Assembly (NCBI GenBank): GCA_036563935.1
Contig: DATCLL010000075.1
Coordinates: forward strand, 1 to 30,381
DNA: 30,381 bases
Reading direction: 5' to 3'
Origin: Limnochordales bacterium
Lineage (GTDB): Bacteria > Bacillota > Limnochordia > Limnochordales > Geochordaceae
The notes below the pieces were generated by a model, which saw nothing but the letters and a program-made list of their open reading frames with translations, did not search any database and was not told the DNA's origin. Below, piece by piece: positions 28,085-30,381 of this stretch. The translations under genes and the position numbers were made by a program. Positions within the stretch are counted from its first letter, which is position 1. Each line of letters opens with the position of its first letter.

Positions 28085-28657
28085 ATGCACCTTTCCCCCG
28101 TGCCTGCTGCGGGCGCTGCCGCCCCCGCGGGCGACCAGCTGTCGGCCTGGGTGGTTCCCGCCCTGGTGGCGGGGGTGGTCCTCTGGGGCCTGTGGCGGCG
28201 GGTGCCCGTCTACGAAGCTTTCGTGCGGGGCGCCCGCAGCGGGGTGGCCACCGGGCTGCGCCTCATCCCGTACCTGGTGGCCATGCTGTCCGCGGTGGAA
28301 CTCCTCTCCTCCACCCAGGCCCTGGAGCAGCTGACCCGCCTTCTGGAACCGGCCGCCGCCCTTGCGGGCATCCCGGCCCCGGTGCTGCCCCTGATGCTGC
28401 TGCGCCCCCTGTCGGGCGCCGCCTCCATGGGCTACCTGGCCGCCCTCTTGCGCCGCTACGGGCCGGACAGCCTGGTGGGGTTCACCGCGTCGGTGGTGCA
28501 GGGCAGCACCGAAACCACCCTGTACGTGGTGACCGTCTACCTGGGTTCCGTGGGCATCCGCGACGCCCGCTGGTCCGTGGCGGCGGGCCTGCTGGCCGAC
28601 GCCGGGGGGTTCCTGGCGGCCTGTGCGGCCAGCCGCCTGTGGTGGGGAAGAACCTGA
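28085..28657 (+). CDS. spmB: Spore maturation protein B
   Basis: VYEAFVRGA, LIPYLVAML, LLRPLSG, YGPDS, QGSTETTLYVVTVYLGSVGI. AGGAGG lies upstream. Confidence 0.93.
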   Translation: MHLSPVPAAGAAAPAGDQLSAWVVPALVAGVVLWGLWRRVPVYEAFVRGARSGVATGLRLIPYLVAMLSAVELLSSTQALEQLTRLLEPAAALAGIPAPVLPLMLLRPLSGAASMGYLAALLRRYGPDSLVGFTASVVQGSTETTLYVVTVYLGSVGIRDARWSVAAGLLADAGGFLAACAASRLWWGRT

Positions 28658-28727
28658 CGGCCGCAGGGCAGGTGGTTGCCACCAGTTCCCACAGGGCTTG
28701 CGGGCCCGGGCATCGTAGCCAGCGGCC

Positions 28728-29324
28728 ATGGAAGCTGCCAGCCCCGGAACGGTTGCGCCCGGACCAAGCCTGGCCGGCGCCTTTCCCGATAACCCCTTCG
28801 TGCGCCGGCTGGTGGATTTCGCGCTGGCCCGGGGGATCCGCTTTGAGGCCAGCCCCTACCCGGAGCAGTGGCTGTACCACCCGGGGCGGCGGGCCATCCT
28901 GGTGTGGCCGCCCGACCTGCGCCAGCAGACCCTCACGTTCCTGGTGCTCATCCTGGCCCACGAGCTGGGCCACGCCCGGGACTTCGACCGCCGCCCGTAC
29001 CTCTCGCAGCTGCTGCGGCGGCGCCCGGATCCCCGCCTGCAGCATGCCGTGGAGAGGTCCGCGTTCGTGGGCGGCTTCGAGCTCCTCAAGCAGCTGCAGG
29101 TGCCGGTGAGCCTCAGCCAGTACGTGGCCGGCATCCTGCCCCCCATGGACCGGGAGGTGCACCGGGTGTTGAGCCGGCGCCTGTGCTGCCTGCTGGACCG
29201 GAGGGCTTCCGCCGGCGGTGCCGCTACGGCTGCGGAGCCGGGGGGCCCGGCGCCGGCCCACCCGCCTGCGGCCCGTCCTGCCCCGCACCCACCCACACCC
29301 GACGTTCCCCCTGCCGCCGCGTGA
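28728..29324 (+). CDS. Putative HEXXH zinc metallopeptidase (ImmA/IrrE, M78-like fold)
   Basis: ILAHELGHA followed about 27 aa later by VERSA, a candidate third-ligand Glu; Pro/Ala tail; no clear SD. Confidence 0.68.
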   Translation: MEAASPGTVAPGPSLAGAFPDNPFVRRLVDFALARGIRFEASPYPEQWLYHPGRRAILVWPPDLRQQTLTFLVLILAHELGHARDFDRRPYLSQLLRRRPDPRLQHAVERSAFVGGFELLKQLQVPVSLSQYVAGILPPMDREVHRVLSRRLCCLLDRRASAGGAATAAEPGGPAPAHPPAARPAPHPPTPDVPPAAA

Positions 29325-30381
29325 GGCCGCTTCGGTCCAAAAACTCCAGCAGCGGAATGACGAAGCGCCGGCTGGAGTTCAGGGCGTCCCGGAGCGCGGC
29401 CGGATCCACGCTTCCGTGTTCCTGGAAAAGCCGCCGGGCATGCTCCTGGACCACGGCCATCTGCCCGCGGGTGAACACCAGCTCCCGGTTCACCCGCACC
29501 AGCCGGCCCTGCTCCACCAAAGCCGCCACCAGCTCCTCGGCGAACCCTTCCCGGGCCAGCTGCTCCACGGTGGGGGGCGAAAAGCCGGCCCGCTCCAGCC
29601 GCAGCTCCAGCCGGCGGGCCTCTTGATCCTGCAGGGCCGAGAGGGTGGGCCGAAAGCCGGCCAGGCGCACCCAGGCCTCCCCCAGCTCCAGCTGCCCCTG
29701 CCCGGCCAGCCGCACCAGCACCCCGTCGAACAGGCGGGCTTCCAGCCCCAGCGCCGACCGGGCCGTCTCCCGGGGCATGCCGGGCGCGAGGGGATGCTCC
29801 TGGTGGTAGCGGCGCAGCTCCTCGGTCAGGTGCCGGCACACGTGGTTCCAGGCGGCAGGGCTGAGCAGCCACTGGTCCACGGCCACCAGCCGGCCGGAGC
29901 CGGCCAGCTCCCGGGCTGCCCGCTGCAGCTGGTCCGGCGAGGCCGGCAGGTGGTGGGCCAACTCCCCCACCTCCAGCGCGCCGTGCTGGTCCACCAGCGC
30001 CTGCACCGCCTGGGGCAGAGGGCAGCCGAGCCGGTTCCTCACCCCCTCCAGCGGCAGCGGCGGGCTGGGGTCGCCCAGCAGCACCCGGGCCGTGGCCCGG
30101 CGGGAGGGGGGCAGCAGACGCCGGTGCTGGCGGCCCCGCAAGGGCTCGCACAGGGGGTCTACCACCGTCGCCCCGCCCACGGTGATCTGCCGGCCCGGCT
30201 CCCGCAGGATGAACCGGTCTCCCGCCGCCAGGGGAAGGGGCCGGGACAAAAGCAGCTGCGCCAGGCAGCGAGCACCGGGCTCCCAGGCCAGGGGCTCCAG
30301 CAGCCGCACCCGCACCGGCTGCTCGTCGGTGCCGGTGTAGGCCATGAGCCGGGCGGGCAGGCTCTGCCCGGCAGGCGCGCT
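29224..30381 (-). CDS. selB: Selenocysteine-specific elongation factor, C-terminal part (5' end outside the window)
   Basis: AQLLLSRPL..AGDRFILR.PG..TVGGATVVDP, then winged-helix repeats HPLAPGM, FSPP, NSSRRFVIPLLEFLDRSGLTRRQGERRV. Confidence 0.93.
   Translation of the reverse strand, partial: SAPAGQSLPARLMAYTGTDEQPVRVRLLEPLAWEPGARCLAQLLLSRPLPLAAGDRFILREPGRQITVGGATVVDPLCEPLRGRQHRRLLPPSRRATARVLLGDPSPPLPLEGVRNRLGCPLPQAVQALVDQHGALEVGELAHHLPASPDQLQRAARELAGSGRLVAVDQWLLSPAAWNHVCRHLTEELRRYHQEHPLAPGMPRETARSALGLEARLFDGVLVRLAGQGQLELGEAWVRLAGFRPTLSALQDQEARRLELRLERAGFSPPTVEQLAREGFAEELVAALVEQGRLVRVNRELVFTRGQMAVVQEHARRLFQEHGSVDPAALRDALNSSRRFVIPLLEFLDRSGLTRRQGERRVWVGAGQDGPQAGGPAPGPPAPQP

Overview
Very GC-rich bacterial chromosomal segment (about three-quarters G+C by eye). 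Gene order points to an endospore-forming Bacillota lineage; a Limnochordia-like taxon is only an inference. The backbone is the conserved minus-strand locus ctsR-mcsA-mcsB-clpC ... disA-carD-yacL(PIN/TRAM)-ispD-ispF ... cysS-mrnC-rlmB. Two blocks interrupt it. Block 1, between clpC and disA where radA normally lies, holds ldh, an MFS exporter, trpS-ABC ATPase-ABC permease-thiolase, and csaA. Block 2, between ispF and cysS where gltX/cysE normally lie, holds a protein-disulfide oxidoreductase-CsoR-like regulator-exported GHL10 hydrolase cluster with a CsoR-type operator, an FMN-riboswitch-led ribD-ribE-ribBA-ribH operon, a secreted TPR protein and a 78-aa orphan. The right end has spmA-spmB, a HEXXH metallopeptidase and the 3' part of selB. 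No transposase, integrase, CRISPR array, tRNA or rRNA was recognised. The best leads are the CsoR-like/disulfide-oxidoreductase/hydrolase operon, an FMN aptamer with a hairpin inserted in its L2 T-loop, the spmAB-linked ImmA/IrrE-like peptidase, a promoter-like motif shared by spmA and the orphan, and a structured carD leader. All calls come from reading the sequence; no database search was run.
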